This document shows positions 31,601-40,351 of a stretch of 62,061 bases of DNA, piece after piece. Each line of letters starts with the position of its first letter. The stretch's first letter is position 1. The notes beneath the pieces were generated by a model, which saw only the letters and a program-made list of their open reading frames with translations, was not told the origin of the DNA and did no database searches. The DNA comes from a virus. The position numbers and the translations under genes were made by a program. The DNA lies in IMG/VR virus record IMGVR_UViG_3300021285_000001. One strand, given 5' to 3'.

Positions 31601-34600
31601 CAGGTTACACCAGAGAACGCTGTCGGCTGCGTTGAAAACGTAAGCCGCGCCGACCATGTCGGTGTCTTCCATTCCGTAGGTGAACGTCAAGCCGCCGCTG
31701 TTGTCGTTACCGCTCATGGTATCGTTGTCGTAGTCCTTGCAGAAGTTCCACCGGTAGCCTCCGGCTGCGCTGTCGTATTCATAGGACACGAAGCAGTTCT
31801 TTGCGCGGTTATCCGGCAGCAGTCTGCGCTCGACCGTCAGGTAATGGTAGAGGAGGGAGTTCACGGAGAAATGGTCAGCGAGTTCCGCTCTGAATTTCGC
31901 GGCTCTGTATTCCTCGGTATCTGTCGTGTATTCCACTCCGCCGTAGGTTACGGGGTTGAGAAGCGCGTCGCCGGTGGCTGCTGCTCTGTTGGTCGAAACG
32001 ACCCACGAGAGGACGGTCTGCCATGCGGCTTTGTTCGCCGCTGTCGGCTTCTTCGGGTATCTGAATTCAAAGTTTGTATGGTCTTTGTCGTCGCCCCATG
32101 TCTCGGTTGATAAATCGTCCGACATAAAGCGGCATTGGAGCGCGTTGTTGTTGCTGATTTCGACACAGCACATATCTGGGTAGACCTTGGTATCCTGTCC
32201 GAATACGGCGTAGTTCTTTTTGCTGTTGCAAAGGTCGCCCGCGCCGTAGAGGATGGTTGCGCCCGGCTCCACCGTTCTCGCGCCGACGCTGATCGTTGTC
32301 TCTGCGGTGCTGGTGAAGAAGATCGCCGCTGCGTGTCCTTCGATTGTGTCGCGCACCTTTGGGTTGGCTGCTCTTGCAGGGTTGATGTACGGCTGGAACG
32401 CGTTGTAGTCGTCCGTCATGCAGACGTTGTTTGCGTTCTCGGACGACGCCACGTTCAGCTTGACATTCAGGTAATTGACGGGTATCGAGTTCGGGGTCAT
32501 CGCGTAGCCGGTGATGTCCTCTCCGTTACCGTTCTGCCACATGGTGGCGGTGCTGAAGTCGAGGTCAAGGTTTAGTGCCGCGAGAATGTATTCGAGGGAT
32601 GATGTTCCCTGCGCCTTCATCGTGACGCCTTGCGCCGTGAATTCGTATTCTGCGCCGCCGTTCCGGTAAATGAGCTGTACGGTGCAGGTTACCTCATCCG
32701 ATTTTGAAACGGTCATCCTGTCCGCCCAGATGTGGATGATGCGGAGTTCCGGCTTCACTTGTGAGAGTTTTGTTTCGTTGATGGTGCCGTTGTCGTTGAA
32801 GATGTCGTTTCTCTCGTAGCGGTTGACCATTTCCTCGGTGTCCGCGCAGTCTGCGATGAAATTGTCGAGGATTTCGTTCCGCGTGAGGGATGTCGAGTAC
32901 ATCTTCAGGTTGTAAATCCAGACGTCGCAGTCGGTCGAGCCGATTTTCAGGAGTTCGGGTGTTGTCTGCTGCCAGTTGTCCGCCGCCTCGTATGCGATTG
33001 CGCGGGACGGGACGCCTTCCAGCCAGATGACCGCCAGTTTGTCCTCGGCTTGCGATTCGATGTTGATGTCCATCTCGATCTTCTTTTCCTCGCAATACTG
33101 CACCGTTGCGGTCTGCAGGGTGGAGGAAAGGGTCGCCTGCTGTGCCTGCAGTTTGATGCCGACGCTGTCGGCTTTGCAGGTGGCGATCTCCGCGTCGTAG
33201 TCTCGGCACTCCGAAACCTTGAACGAGATTTTGATTTCCTTGCCGCTGGCTTTGGCATTGTCGTTGAACAGCGACCGGTCAAATGTCACGTAGCTGCCGC
33301 GTTTGATTACGAAGGCGGTCACGCCCTGATCGTCAAGTTGGAAGCCGCCCGATACCCAGTCAAAGTTCGGGCTGAATGCCAGCGGGTGGTTTAGCCCGTG
33401 TTCGTCTCTGTATCCGAAGCTGTCCCTGTCTGCTTCCGCGTTGGTGTGTCCAGTCGGGTCGAGGATCATCACAAGCCCACGCGTTACCGGCGTGATGTCG
33501 TAGGAGAGCGCCGTCACGGTCAGGGTGATGGTTGCCGATGTCGCCCCGCAGGTGATGGCGAGCGTCTCCGTACCGTCCTCGGTCGGTCTGTATGCCCATG
33601 TCTGGGTATCTCTGTCGACAGTTACGCTGGTGGATGCGCCGCCGACTACAGCGAGGGTTGCGGTCGCGGTTTCGTTCTGGGGGTCATAGATGCGGTATTT
33701 GATCGCCGCCGTGCTGTATTGCTCGACGGTGATTGCGCTCTGCAGAACAGCCACGATGGGCGTTGTGGTGCCTGCTGTTACCCAGATGCCGGTGTGCCGC
33801 AGCGGTGTGGTGGAGAGCGTTTCTCCGTCCACTGTTGTCTCGATCCACGCGGCGAGCGTGTGCGCTCCGTGTGTCTGTGCCGGTACCGTGATGGCTACGG
33901 CTCTGCCGCTCGATGAGATTACCTGGTTGTAAATCTCGGAGCCGTCGAGTGTTACCTTCACGGTTTTGTCGCCGGTGCCGGAAGGCACGAGGCGAAGGTT
34001 GAGGGCGTTGCTTCCGTGGTTTGCGAATTCCTCCACGTTCCACGCGAGGCTATAGCTGGCTACCGTTACCGTCCATGTCATGGACTTTGTGCCGCCGTAG
34101 CTGTCCTCGATTACGAGTTTTACGCTGTTCGCTGCGCCTGCGGTCAGGTAGGAGCGGCAGTTGAAGGAGCCGTTTCCCTGCGCGATGGTCGAAACCGACA
34201 CCCTTGTGCCGTTGACGTACCAGTTCGCCGAAAGGTTACCGGTGCTTTCGCCTGTGTCCGCGTCCACACTGGTGGCGCTGAACAGAATATCCATCTCGGC
34301 GGTCGCTTCCGTGATGGTGATCGTTCTCGACGCGAGGCGGTTTGTGATTGTGATTACCGACCCGGACCCGCCGCCTCCGCCGCCTCCGCCGATGAATGCG
34401 GGGTCTACCACATCCTCGCCGTTCAGCGTGATGTGCAGGTATCCGGTCTCTTGGTCGTAGCTGATACCGTCGAAGCCGACGCCGGTGTCGATGGGAATGT
34501 CGACCACGCTATCATCCCAGAACGTGATCGCGATCCCGGTTTCGGTCGCCACCACGTCTTTCACAAGGTTTGGCTTCATTGCCTCAATGCCTGCCTCGGT

Positions 34601-34777
34601 CTGGTATCCGCTGTTGATGCCTTTTGCTTTGAGTGCCGCGACGATGGCGTCAAGGGACGCTCTGCGGAGCGATTCTTTGGTGACGCCATTGACGGTTTCC
34701 TCCTGCGTCACGAGAACGCTGGCCGCATTCTTGACGCTGTTGGTTGCTTGTTTTTCGGTGATTTTTGTCGTTGCCAT
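28688..34777 (-). CDS. Giant (2029 aa) multidomain tail fibre / receptor-binding protein, DGR target 1
   Basis: LRR-like segment (LTELETFTMSAANLQSVWIENCPLIDTLTL...), two YTVTF/YTVRF...GW...YA repeats of the Listeria-Bacteroides type, a possible CotH-like middle region, and the C-terminal WWLRSP...AYGVAFGFCI lectin-like VR. Confidence 0.9.
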   Translation of the reverse strand: MATTKITEKQATNSVKNAASVLVTQEETVNGVTKESLRRASLDAIVAALKAKGINSGYQTEAGIEAMKPNLVKDVVATETGIAITFWDDSVVDIPIDTGVGFDGISYDQETGYLHITLNGEDVVDPAFIGGGGGGGGSGSVITITNRLASRTITITEATAEMDILFSATSVDADTGESTGNLSANWYVNGTRVSVSTIAQGNGSFNCRSYLTAGAANSVKLVIEDSYGGTKSMTWTVTVASYSLAWNVEEFANHGSNALNLRLVPSGTGDKTVKVTLDGSEIYNQVISSSGRAVAITVPAQTHGAHTLAAWIETTVDGETLSTTPLRHTGIWVTAGTTTPIVAVLQSAITVEQYSTAAIKYRIYDPQNETATATLAVVGGASTSVTVDRDTQTWAYRPTEDGTETLAITCGATSATITLTVTALSYDITPVTRGLVMILDPTGHTNAEADRDSFGYRDEHGLNHPLAFSPNFDWVSGGFQLDDQGVTAFVIKRGSYVTFDRSLFNDNAKASGKEIKISFKVSECRDYDAEIATCKADSVGIKLQAQQATLSSTLQTATVQYCEEKKIEMDINIESQAEDKLAVIWLEGVPSRAIAYEAADNWQQTTPELLKIGSTDCDVWIYNLKMYSTSLTRNEILDNFIADCADTEEMVNRYERNDIFNDNGTINETKLSQVKPELRIIHIWADRMTVSKSDEVTCTVQLIYRNGGAEYEFTAQGVTMKAQGTSSLEYILAALNLDLDFSTATMWQNGNGEDITGYAMTPNSIPVNYLNVKLNVASSENANNVCMTDDYNAFQPYINPARAANPKVRDTIEGHAAAIFFTSTAETTISVGARTVEPGATILYGAGDLCNSKKNYAVFGQDTKVYPDMCCVEISNNNALQCRFMSDDLSTETWGDDKDHTNFEFRYPKKPTAANKAAWQTVLSWVVSTNRAAATGDALLNPVTYGGVEYTTDTEEYRAAKFRAELADHFSVNSLLYHYLTVERRLLPDNRAKNCFVSYEYDSAAGGYRWNFCKDYDNDTMSGNDNSGGLTFTYGMEDTDMVGAAYVFNAADSVLWCNLRDLFRSELETMFKQLEAAGAFSAERILAKWKAYRDNRPEALIIEDMWGKYFSPYIFAQEQRYIRTMLGTKEDQLIQFETYQEPYMSAKYGGSVSTADRISLRANAPETWSGVEPSGDINGIVPYASTYITVKYGNAGTVRVRATRGQTYNIEMPAGASLNDLETYIYSASNIAAIGSLAALYTKFADLSSAKKLKQAILGSSEEGYQNTSLNSENGGVSFGNNILMEKIDLRGTPNLAQGLDLSALKALEEIYTTGSAITGVTFAQRAPLRVAELNALRQLIARDLTELETFTMSAANLQSVWIENCPLIDTLTLVTNATNLTRGRLIGVNWTMNSANLLKHLATLAGISGSGDNTDNFVLTGTAHVTMITADDLAALRSAFPNLTITYDTEVPTYTVTFKNYNGATLNTQRVGQGSAPTDPRYLYVDPIPTPTKPSTAAETFTFDGWSWTDGGSVIPDLSAISITANTTIYAHYAASTRTYTVRFYNGTTLLETQTAEYGDSVAYSGNTPVNPSDGDYATYYLFKGWDKSTGYITGDLDVYAQYESATVPSGKTLAQMNATELHALVATEILSPTGANNNVVSSGDTIDIVAGRDFDFSNVTAHELVSLDSPQTFDGTNYLKPQIDSNDILLFDSDKSFTLVVDFAFDTSSAAGGCLAACYHSNGFLLRYATGGSVRYGSSSALQVSSNGVRQITVIRKKKGDATLYVYASNKNGNAISYSALTQTTAPEHTAPLVFGAQVANDGYVDNYGKGTVYWAKLWDGDLGDDACRELVSWPRQTFKMQAVGSSQYAFRNFTRADNQRYVNCAFLLKDLLEETHVMNSANSNAGGWKAMPFRTWLNARIFNALPTTWQQLILTVYVHSNTGYQATGLVDPPAEDKIWIPSVKEIGSQTTTSPYSLESDATFTVFTNDTSRIKKLNFGSGAATNWWLRSPGTGFTYIFWYVDSYGNAISNYGANNAYGVAFGFCI
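28699..28832 (-). repeat. DGR variable region 1 (VR1)
   Basis: Same length as the TR. By hand alignment there are 17 mismatches, 16 at TR coding-strand adenines and 1 C-to-T. Confidence 0.9.
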
Positions 34778-34789
34778 TCTTTCTCCTCC

Positions 34790-37564
34790 TTATCTGAAAG
34801 CGATAAAACGGTAGGTTTCGTTGCTGGTGTTGGTCTTGATGTTGTACGAGGCGTATTCGTTGCAGTAGAAGCCGCCCGATGTAATCAAGAGTGCCGTGTG
34901 CGAATTGCTCCACGTGGTCTCGTGCGATACTGCCGTGCAGTTGACCGCTCTCACGCCTTTGTTGCCGACGCACATTCCGCCGTAGATGATGTCCTTATCC
35001 GTCATTCTGCCTCTGCCGTCCACGACGATGAGGGCGCTCGGCGTAAAGCCCAGCGAGATTGTTCTCTTGGTCGTTCCGTCTCCGGTGTAGGTGCCGAATA
35101 CTGCCGTTCCGGTCCCTATGTATTGGGCGAGCGATGCGGCGAACGCTTCAAGGCTGCCCGCGCCGGTGCCTCCTCGTGCAACAGGGAGGACGCCGCTTGT
35201 CATGTCGGACGCGGAGTGCTTATGTGCTGAAGTAGCCGCGCCGATTTTCGACGGCGTGATTCCGTGCGGGTTGCTTGCCTGCAGGTGGAGGATCAGGTTG
35301 TTGATTGCCTTTTTAACTTTTCCGAGAAATGTGTCCATCTTCTCTCCGCTCTCCGGCTCCTCAAGCGATGACGCCACGGTGTACTCGATTTTCATGTCCT
35401 CTGGCGCTACGTTCGCCACATTTCCCAGCCCGATTTTCTCCGGCGTGATGTTGTGCGGGTTTTCGTAGTCCTTCGTGTGATTCTCGAATTGTTCCTTTGT
35501 GACGTAGATCGCTCCTTCGCCGATGGTCGCGGTTACTTCCTCCGCATCGCCGACCATAACGAGGACGGTCAGGGTGATGTGGATCGTTCTGCCGAGGTTG
35601 TTGGCGGGGATCGTCTCGTAGTCGTCGCCGGTGTAGCAGTAGGCGTATAGGATTTCGTTTCCGTCTTCGTCCTCTGCAAAGACGCCGGTCTCCGACCAGT
35701 TGAAGGTCGTCCCTACCTCGGTGTTGTCAAACGCTCCGGTCAGGCTGACGTAGTTCGAGCCTTTGGAGAAGTTGCTGATGTCAATGGTGATCAGCGGGTT
35801 GACGAGGTCTTCCAGCGTGTCCTGCGTCGCGGGCGGTGATGCGCTACAGCTTATGGTCGTGCTGCTCTGCGCCCATTGCGTTCCGTTGTACTCGAACAGG
35901 ACGCGGTTTTCCGTGTCGTACCACCAGTCGCCTGCCGTTGGCGAAACGGGGGGCGATTGTGAATAAGTGAAGTTCTTCTCGGTGTCTTCCACCCAGCTCG
36001 TTACCCAGATTTTCAGTTTGCTTTCCGTGGTGTCGTACCAGAGATCTTCTTCGTTCGCTCTGACCGGCGCTGTGGCCGCGTAGGTGAAGGTGTCCTCGGT
36101 GTCTCTCTGGAAAAGCAGACCGTACTCTTTGAGCGCGTTGTTCGCGCTGTCAAACCACCAGTAGCCTGTCTGGGGGTTTGCCGGTGGGTTGCTGCTGTAG
36201 GTGAAGTTCTTCGAGCTGTCGGCGTTCCAGCCGTACCCGTAAACGTGCAGGCTGGTGTCATACCACCAGTCCCCGACTGACGGGTTAGCCGGTGCCGTTC
36301 CGTAGGTGAAGTTGTGTGTGGTGTCGTTTACCCAGTCCAGCCCGTATTCCTTCAGGGCGGAGTTTCCGGTATCGTACCACCAGTCGCCGAGCGTCGGAGT
36401 TTCCGGTGCTGTGGATCCGTAGTAGAACGGTTGCGCGTCCGCGTCCCAGTCGTTCGCGTACTCTTTGAGGGCGCTGTTGGTACTGTCGTACCACCAGTCT
36501 GCCAGAGTGGGCGATGCGGGTGCGGTCGCTCCGTAACTGAACGGCTGCGCGTCGCTGTCCCAGCCGTTTGCGTATTCCTTGAGCGCGTTGTTCGCGCTGT
36601 CGTACCACCAGTCGCCTATGGTCGCGGTGCCGGACGGCGCGTCTGCGCTGTATGTGATGGTCTGTGCGCTCGCTACCCAGTCGCTCTGGCTGTCGTCGTA
36701 GCAATAAAGCGCATCGTTCGCGGTATCGTACCAGTAGTCGCCGTCTGCCGGTGTGCCTGGTGCCGTGTCCGCGCAGGTGATCGCGATGCCTGCCTTCGCT
36801 CTCCACGCCGCGCCGTATCGTTTGAGGGTTTCGCCTGTGGTATCGTACCAGTAGTCGCCTGCGGTCGGGCTGCCCGGCTCGCTTCCGGCGCAGGTGATTG
36901 TGACGTCGCTTTTTGTCCGCCACGCTGCTCCGTATTTTTTCAAAGCCTCGCCGGTGGTGTCGTACCAATAATCGCCCGCGTTCGGTGATGCCGGTGCGCT
37001 TCCCGCGCAGGTCAGCACTACGCCCGTTTTATTGCCCCACAGAGCCGCGTAAACCTTCAGGGTGTTATTCTGTGTGTCATACCAGAAATCGCCCGCATTC
37101 GGCGAATTTGGGGCTTCTGCGGCGGCTGTGATGTTTATGCTGCTGTCGGTGTTCCATTTGTAGCCGTAAACATAAAGGGTCGCATTCGCCGTGTCGTACC
37201 AGTAATCGCCTACGCTGGGGGCGTTTGGCTCGGTGGTGGCGCAGGTGATGGTCGCGTCCGACGCCTTCCAGCCTTCGCTGTAATTGTTGAGGACGCCGGT
37301 CTCGGTGTTGTACCACAGGTCGCCTTCCGATGGATCGTCCGGCTCTGTGTCGCTGACGGTAATATTGCGGAGGCTTTCGTCCCAGCGCTTGCTGTAGCGG
37401 TACAGCGTAAGGTTGCCGGTGTCATACCAGTAGTCGCCGTCGTTCGGCTCCTCCGGCGCGGCACCGTTGCCGATTTTCAGTTTGGTGAAGTTCAGGGGGC
37501 TGCCGGATAGGGCTGAAATCAGCAGTCCTCTGCCTCCGTCTGTTAGTTTTGGAATTAAGCCCAT
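34790..37564 (-). CDS. Tail fibre protein with 14 tandem GD(Y/W)WYDT repeats
   Basis: N-terminus LTDGGRGLLISALSG..LNFTKLKIGNG is typical of fibre/baseplate attachment regions. Repeats are read from the translation. Confidence 0.8.
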   Translation of the reverse strand: MGLIPKLTDGGRGLLISALSGSPLNFTKLKIGNGAAPEEPNDGDYWYDTGNLTLYRYSKRWDESLRNITVSDTEPDDPSEGDLWYNTETGVLNNYSEGWKASDATITCATTEPNAPSVGDYWYDTANATLYVYGYKWNTDSSINITAAAEAPNSPNAGDFWYDTQNNTLKVYAALWGNKTGVVLTCAGSAPASPNAGDYWYDTTGEALKKYGAAWRTKSDVTITCAGSEPGSPTAGDYWYDTTGETLKRYGAAWRAKAGIAITCADTAPGTPADGDYWYDTANDALYCYDDSQSDWVASAQTITYSADAPSGTATIGDWWYDSANNALKEYANGWDSDAQPFSYGATAPASPTLADWWYDSTNSALKEYANDWDADAQPFYYGSTAPETPTLGDWWYDTGNSALKEYGLDWVNDTTHNFTYGTAPANPSVGDWWYDTSLHVYGYGWNADSSKNFTYSSNPPANPQTGYWWFDSANNALKEYGLLFQRDTEDTFTYAATAPVRANEEDLWYDTTESKLKIWVTSWVEDTEKNFTYSQSPPVSPTAGDWWYDTENRVLFEYNGTQWAQSSTTISCSASPPATQDTLEDLVNPLITIDISNFSKGSNYVSLTGAFDNTEVGTTFNWSETGVFAEDEDGNEILYAYCYTGDDYETIPANNLGRTIHITLTVLVMVGDAEEVTATIGEGAIYVTKEQFENHTKDYENPHNITPEKIGLGNVANVAPEDMKIEYTVASSLEEPESGEKMDTFLGKVKKAINNLILHLQASNPHGITPSKIGAATSAHKHSASDMTSGVLPVARGGTGAGSLEAFAASLAQYIGTGTAVFGTYTGDGTTKRTISLGFTPSALIVVDGRGRMTDKDIIYGGMCVGNKGVRAVNCTAVSHETTWSNSHTALLITSGGFYCNEYASYNIKTNTSNETYRFIAFR
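35849..37459 (-). repeat. Coding tandem repeats, about 36-38 aa x 14 (P..P..GDxWYDT.N..L..Y...W)
   Basis: Counted in the translation, aa ~36-572 of the 924-aa protein. Confidence 0.85.
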
Positions 37565-37584
37565 GATGCTTTGCTTCCTCCTTT

Positions 37585-38244
37585 CTATTTTTCGACGAAA
37601 ACGTTACCGTTTTCATCAGCCAGCGTATTGTTGAGTTCGTCCACGAGCCAGACCGCGTCTGTTACGCCTCTGCGGTCGTAGTCCGTGAGTTCGATGTTCT
37701 TGACCTCGTACATTGCCGCTGCGAGGTAAAGGGTCAGCGTTCCTTTCCTCGGCAGCTCGATGGAATATGCGAGGTGTGAGGGTTTTGCCGCCTCGATTTT
37801 GGAAATGAGCGCGGTGTAGTCTATCGTGCTATCTCCTTCGTCGATGCTCACCACGAAGCCATACGATTCGTTGTTCTCCTCGATGTTGATGCCTCTGCCG
37901 GTGAGCGTTTCGAGGATGTCCTCAAAAGTGGCGGGCGACAGTGGTCTCCGGCTGCCTCGCTTTGCCATGACTGCGTCTCTGCGTTCTTCGAGGTCTTTGG
38001 TTTCGTCTACCTCGATGCCGTAGCGCTCCTCCCAGTAGCGCATTCCCCACGTGCATCGTTCAAGGTGGCATTGGTCGCGCAGGCTCTCCACGAGCGCCCG
38101 CGCTTCTCCCATTTCAAGCCCCATGACCTGAAAGAGCCACTTGCCGACGTAGGATTTGTCGTAAATGGGAGACACGCGGCTGATCATCTGCTTGGCGGTC
38201 TCGTTGGTTGGGAATTCTTCGAGGTTGAATTTATCGTCTGCCAT
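37585..38244 (-). CDS. XkdU/DUF2313-like baseplate-associated tail protein
   Basis: YDKSYVGKWLFQVMGLEMG...RYWEERYGI...LEERRDAVMAK pattern. Positioned after baseplate J. Confidence 0.65.
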   Translation of the reverse strand: MADDKFNLEEFPTNETAKQMISRVSPIYDKSYVGKWLFQVMGLEMGEARALVESLRDQCHLERCTWGMRYWEERYGIEVDETKDLEERRDAVMAKRGSRRPLSPATFEDILETLTGRGINIEENNESYGFVVSIDEGDSTIDYTALISKIEAAKPSHLAYSIELPRKGTLTLYLAAAMYEVKNIELTDYDRRGVTDAVWLVDELNNTLADENGNVFVEK

Positions 38245-38247
38245 GCG

Positions 38248-39375
38248 CTACACCTCCGCGTCCGTGTTGAATGTGCCGAGTTCTGGGTATTCGTCTTGGC
38301 TCACGGTGATGTTTTCGGTCTCTCCGTTCAGGGTCAGGGTGCCGTAATCGCTTACGCCGTCCGTTGCCATGATGATGGATCCGACCTTGTTCCTCTTGAT
38401 CTCCTCGACGCCGCTCTTGAAGTAGGCGTTCAGGTTTGCCTTGATTTCGGTCGTTACGGCTGTGTAGTCCGCTCCGGTGTCGAGGGTAAGGTTGCAGGCG
38501 ACGTTGATTGGCTTCGGCGTCGGTGCTGTTACGGTAATGGTCGCCCCGATTGGCGCGAGGCGTTTGTCTCGGTCGTTCGGGGATATGATGTGGTTAACCA
38601 CGCCCTCGATGATTGTGCTGTTCGCTGGCTCTCCGTTTCGGTCGAGGACGATTATCTTTACCGTTCCGGCTCCGTTCCATTCGGGTATGATGGTGACGTC
38701 GCCGACGTCGTCGACCTCTTTTGCCCACCGTTTATAGTCGGCGTCGCTGCCCGCAAATGAAACATCAGAGTTTTCGCAGTATTCTCTGATGCGTTCCCGC
38801 AGTTCGTCGTCACTTTCCTCGGCGGCTCCGCCTGTCATGGCGGCTGTGTTGGTGACGCTATTGATACCTGTTATTGGCTGCACCATGATGACGATTGTCC
38901 CTGCGGCGACATTTCCGATTGTTCCGGCTTCTTGCGCCTGCACCTCCACGGTGGCGGTGCCGTCAAGTCCTACGGTCGTTTCATCGTCTGTTTCAAAGAT
39001 GATAGCCGACTGGTCTCCGTTTGCCGGTACCGCAAACAGGAAGCCTGCAGGTATTACCGTTCCGGGCGATCCGACGATGGAAAGTTCGCCAGCCGCTTTT
39101 ACAGCGTTTCTGCGCGTCAGTCCACACGGTTTCGCGTGGTAGTCGAGGTAAATGCCATAAGCGAACATATAGTGCATCAGTTTGACGGCTTCCATCATCT
39201 CGAATTCGAGGAGTTCCGCTTTTTCGAGGGCGGTCGGTTTCGTAAAGTCCCACGGGAAGCCGCCCTCTGTATCGTCGATGTCGTCGGGGAGGTTATCCAT
39301 CATGCGCTGGTGTATGGTCTCTGCGTCTTGCCCATCGAGCCACGCAGGTGCCACGAACGAATTATTGTCTGCCAT
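38248..39375 (-). CDS. Baseplate J-like protein (XkdT/gp47 family)
   Basis: N-terminal DAETIHQRMMDNLPDDIDDTEGGFPWDF...; size and synteny fit. Confidence 0.8.
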   Translation of the reverse strand: MADNNSFVAPAWLDGQDAETIHQRMMDNLPDDIDDTEGGFPWDFTKPTALEKAELLEFEMMEAVKLMHYMFAYGIYLDYHAKPCGLTRRNAVKAAGELSIVGSPGTVIPAGFLFAVPANGDQSAIIFETDDETTVGLDGTATVEVQAQEAGTIGNVAAGTIVIMVQPITGINSVTNTAAMTGGAAEESDDELRERIREYCENSDVSFAGSDADYKRWAKEVDDVGDVTIIPEWNGAGTVKIIVLDRNGEPANSTIIEGVVNHIISPNDRDKRLAPIGATITVTAPTPKPINVACNLTLDTGADYTAVTTEIKANLNAYFKSGVEEIKRNKVGSIIMATDGVSDYGTLTLNGETENITVSQDEYPELGTFNTDAEV

Positions 39376-39388
39376 GTGTTTCGCCTCC

Positions 39389-39841
39389 TTATGTGCTTTG
39401 ATATAAGACGCTGGCGGTCGTTTCCTCCCACTCCTTGCCTTTGACTGTGAATGTCATCCGCAGATCGTCTCCTTGCCACGAAAATTCAAAGTCTCGGACG
39501 TACTCGGTGTGGGTGTTGACCATGAGCGCCTCTGTGATGGTTTTTTCGAGCGCCGATTCCACGGCGGCTCTGTCGCCTTCGGCGAGTGCTGCTTCTCCTT
39601 CGATTCCGATGTCGGTCGAATATGCGAGGAAAGCGTCGCGCTCGGTCATTACGACCTTGCGGCACCATTGCATGAAGGCTTCCTTGCCGGTGGCTACGGT
39701 CATCCGGTAGGCTCCATCGCGCCTGAAATCTCCCGCGTCAAAGTCGAAGAAAACGCTCGGCTTGTATGTCCTGTTCTGGTTTTGCGCCGGTGTTTCGAGT
39801 TCTGGCACTTCAAAAACGGGGAAAAGGGTATTTTCTGCCAT
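39389..39841 (-). CDS. XkdS/DUF2634-like baseplate protein (gp25/W-like position)
   Basis: YKPSVFFDFDAGDFRRDG...; synteny between the XkdR-like and J-like genes. Confidence 0.65.
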   Translation of the reverse strand: MAENTLFPVFEVPELETPAQNQNRTYKPSVFFDFDAGDFRRDGAYRMTVATGKEAFMQWCRKVVMTERDAFLAYSTDIGIEGEAALAEGDRAAVESALEKTITEALMVNTHTEYVRDFEFSWQGDDLRMTFTVKGKEWEETTASVLYQST

Positions 39842-39854
39842 TGTTTTGAGCCTC

Positions 39855-40337
39855 CTATCCTATTGCCGTTGCCGGTAGAATAATATCCAGCACTATGGCG
39901 TCGTGCTGGACCCACGCCACGAGAACGCGGTCGCCTGGCTTCAGCCAGCGCATTTTTTCGGGAATGAGGACGCTGTGGCTATGTGTGCCTGCGCCTCCGT
40001 GTCCGTGCGCTCCGCCGCTGTGGGTGTGTGATCCGTCACCGCTGGTATGACCTCCGTGCGTTCCGCTGTCGTGGCTGTGGGAGCCGTTGACCTCGGTATG
40101 CTCGTGGTATCCGTTGCTCGTTGTCGAGGTCAGGACGCTGCCGGTGTTGCCCAGTGTGAGCTGGCGCAGCACGAGGTAGTCTGCCTTTGGTATCGGTATC
40201 GGGTAGGTGTTCGTCAGGAGGCTGTAGTCGCTCTGAATGACGCCGAAATCAAGCACGAGGTCGCTGTACGCTTCTCTGGTGCCGTCTATTCGCTCGTGTA
40301 GTATTCGTGCGAGATGATTCATTCCTTCGTCTGCCAT
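39855..40337 (-). CDS. XkdR/DUF2577-like baseplate protein with a His/Gly-rich insertion
   Basis: N-terminal VLDFGVIQSDYSLL and C-terminal LKPGDRVLVAWVQHDAIVLDII flank HEHTEVNGSHSHDSGTHGGHTSGDGSHTHSGGAHGHGGAGTHSHS. Confidence 0.55.
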   Translation of the reverse strand: MADEGMNHLARILHERIDGTREAYSDLVLDFGVIQSDYSLLTNTYPIPIPKADYLVLRQLTLGNTGSVLTSTTSNGYHEHTEVNGSHSHDSGTHGGHTSGDGSHTHSGGAHGHGGAGTHSHSVLIPEKMRWLKPGDRVLVAWVQHDAIVLDIILPATAIG

Positions 40338-40351
40338 TGCTTTGCCTCCTT

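Noticed and set aside
34330-34400. Poly-glycine stretch (GGGGGGGGSGS) in the giant fibre as another slippery tract.
   Set aside because: It is encoded by mixed GGC/GGA/GGG codons and not by a homopolymer, so slipped-strand variation is not expected.
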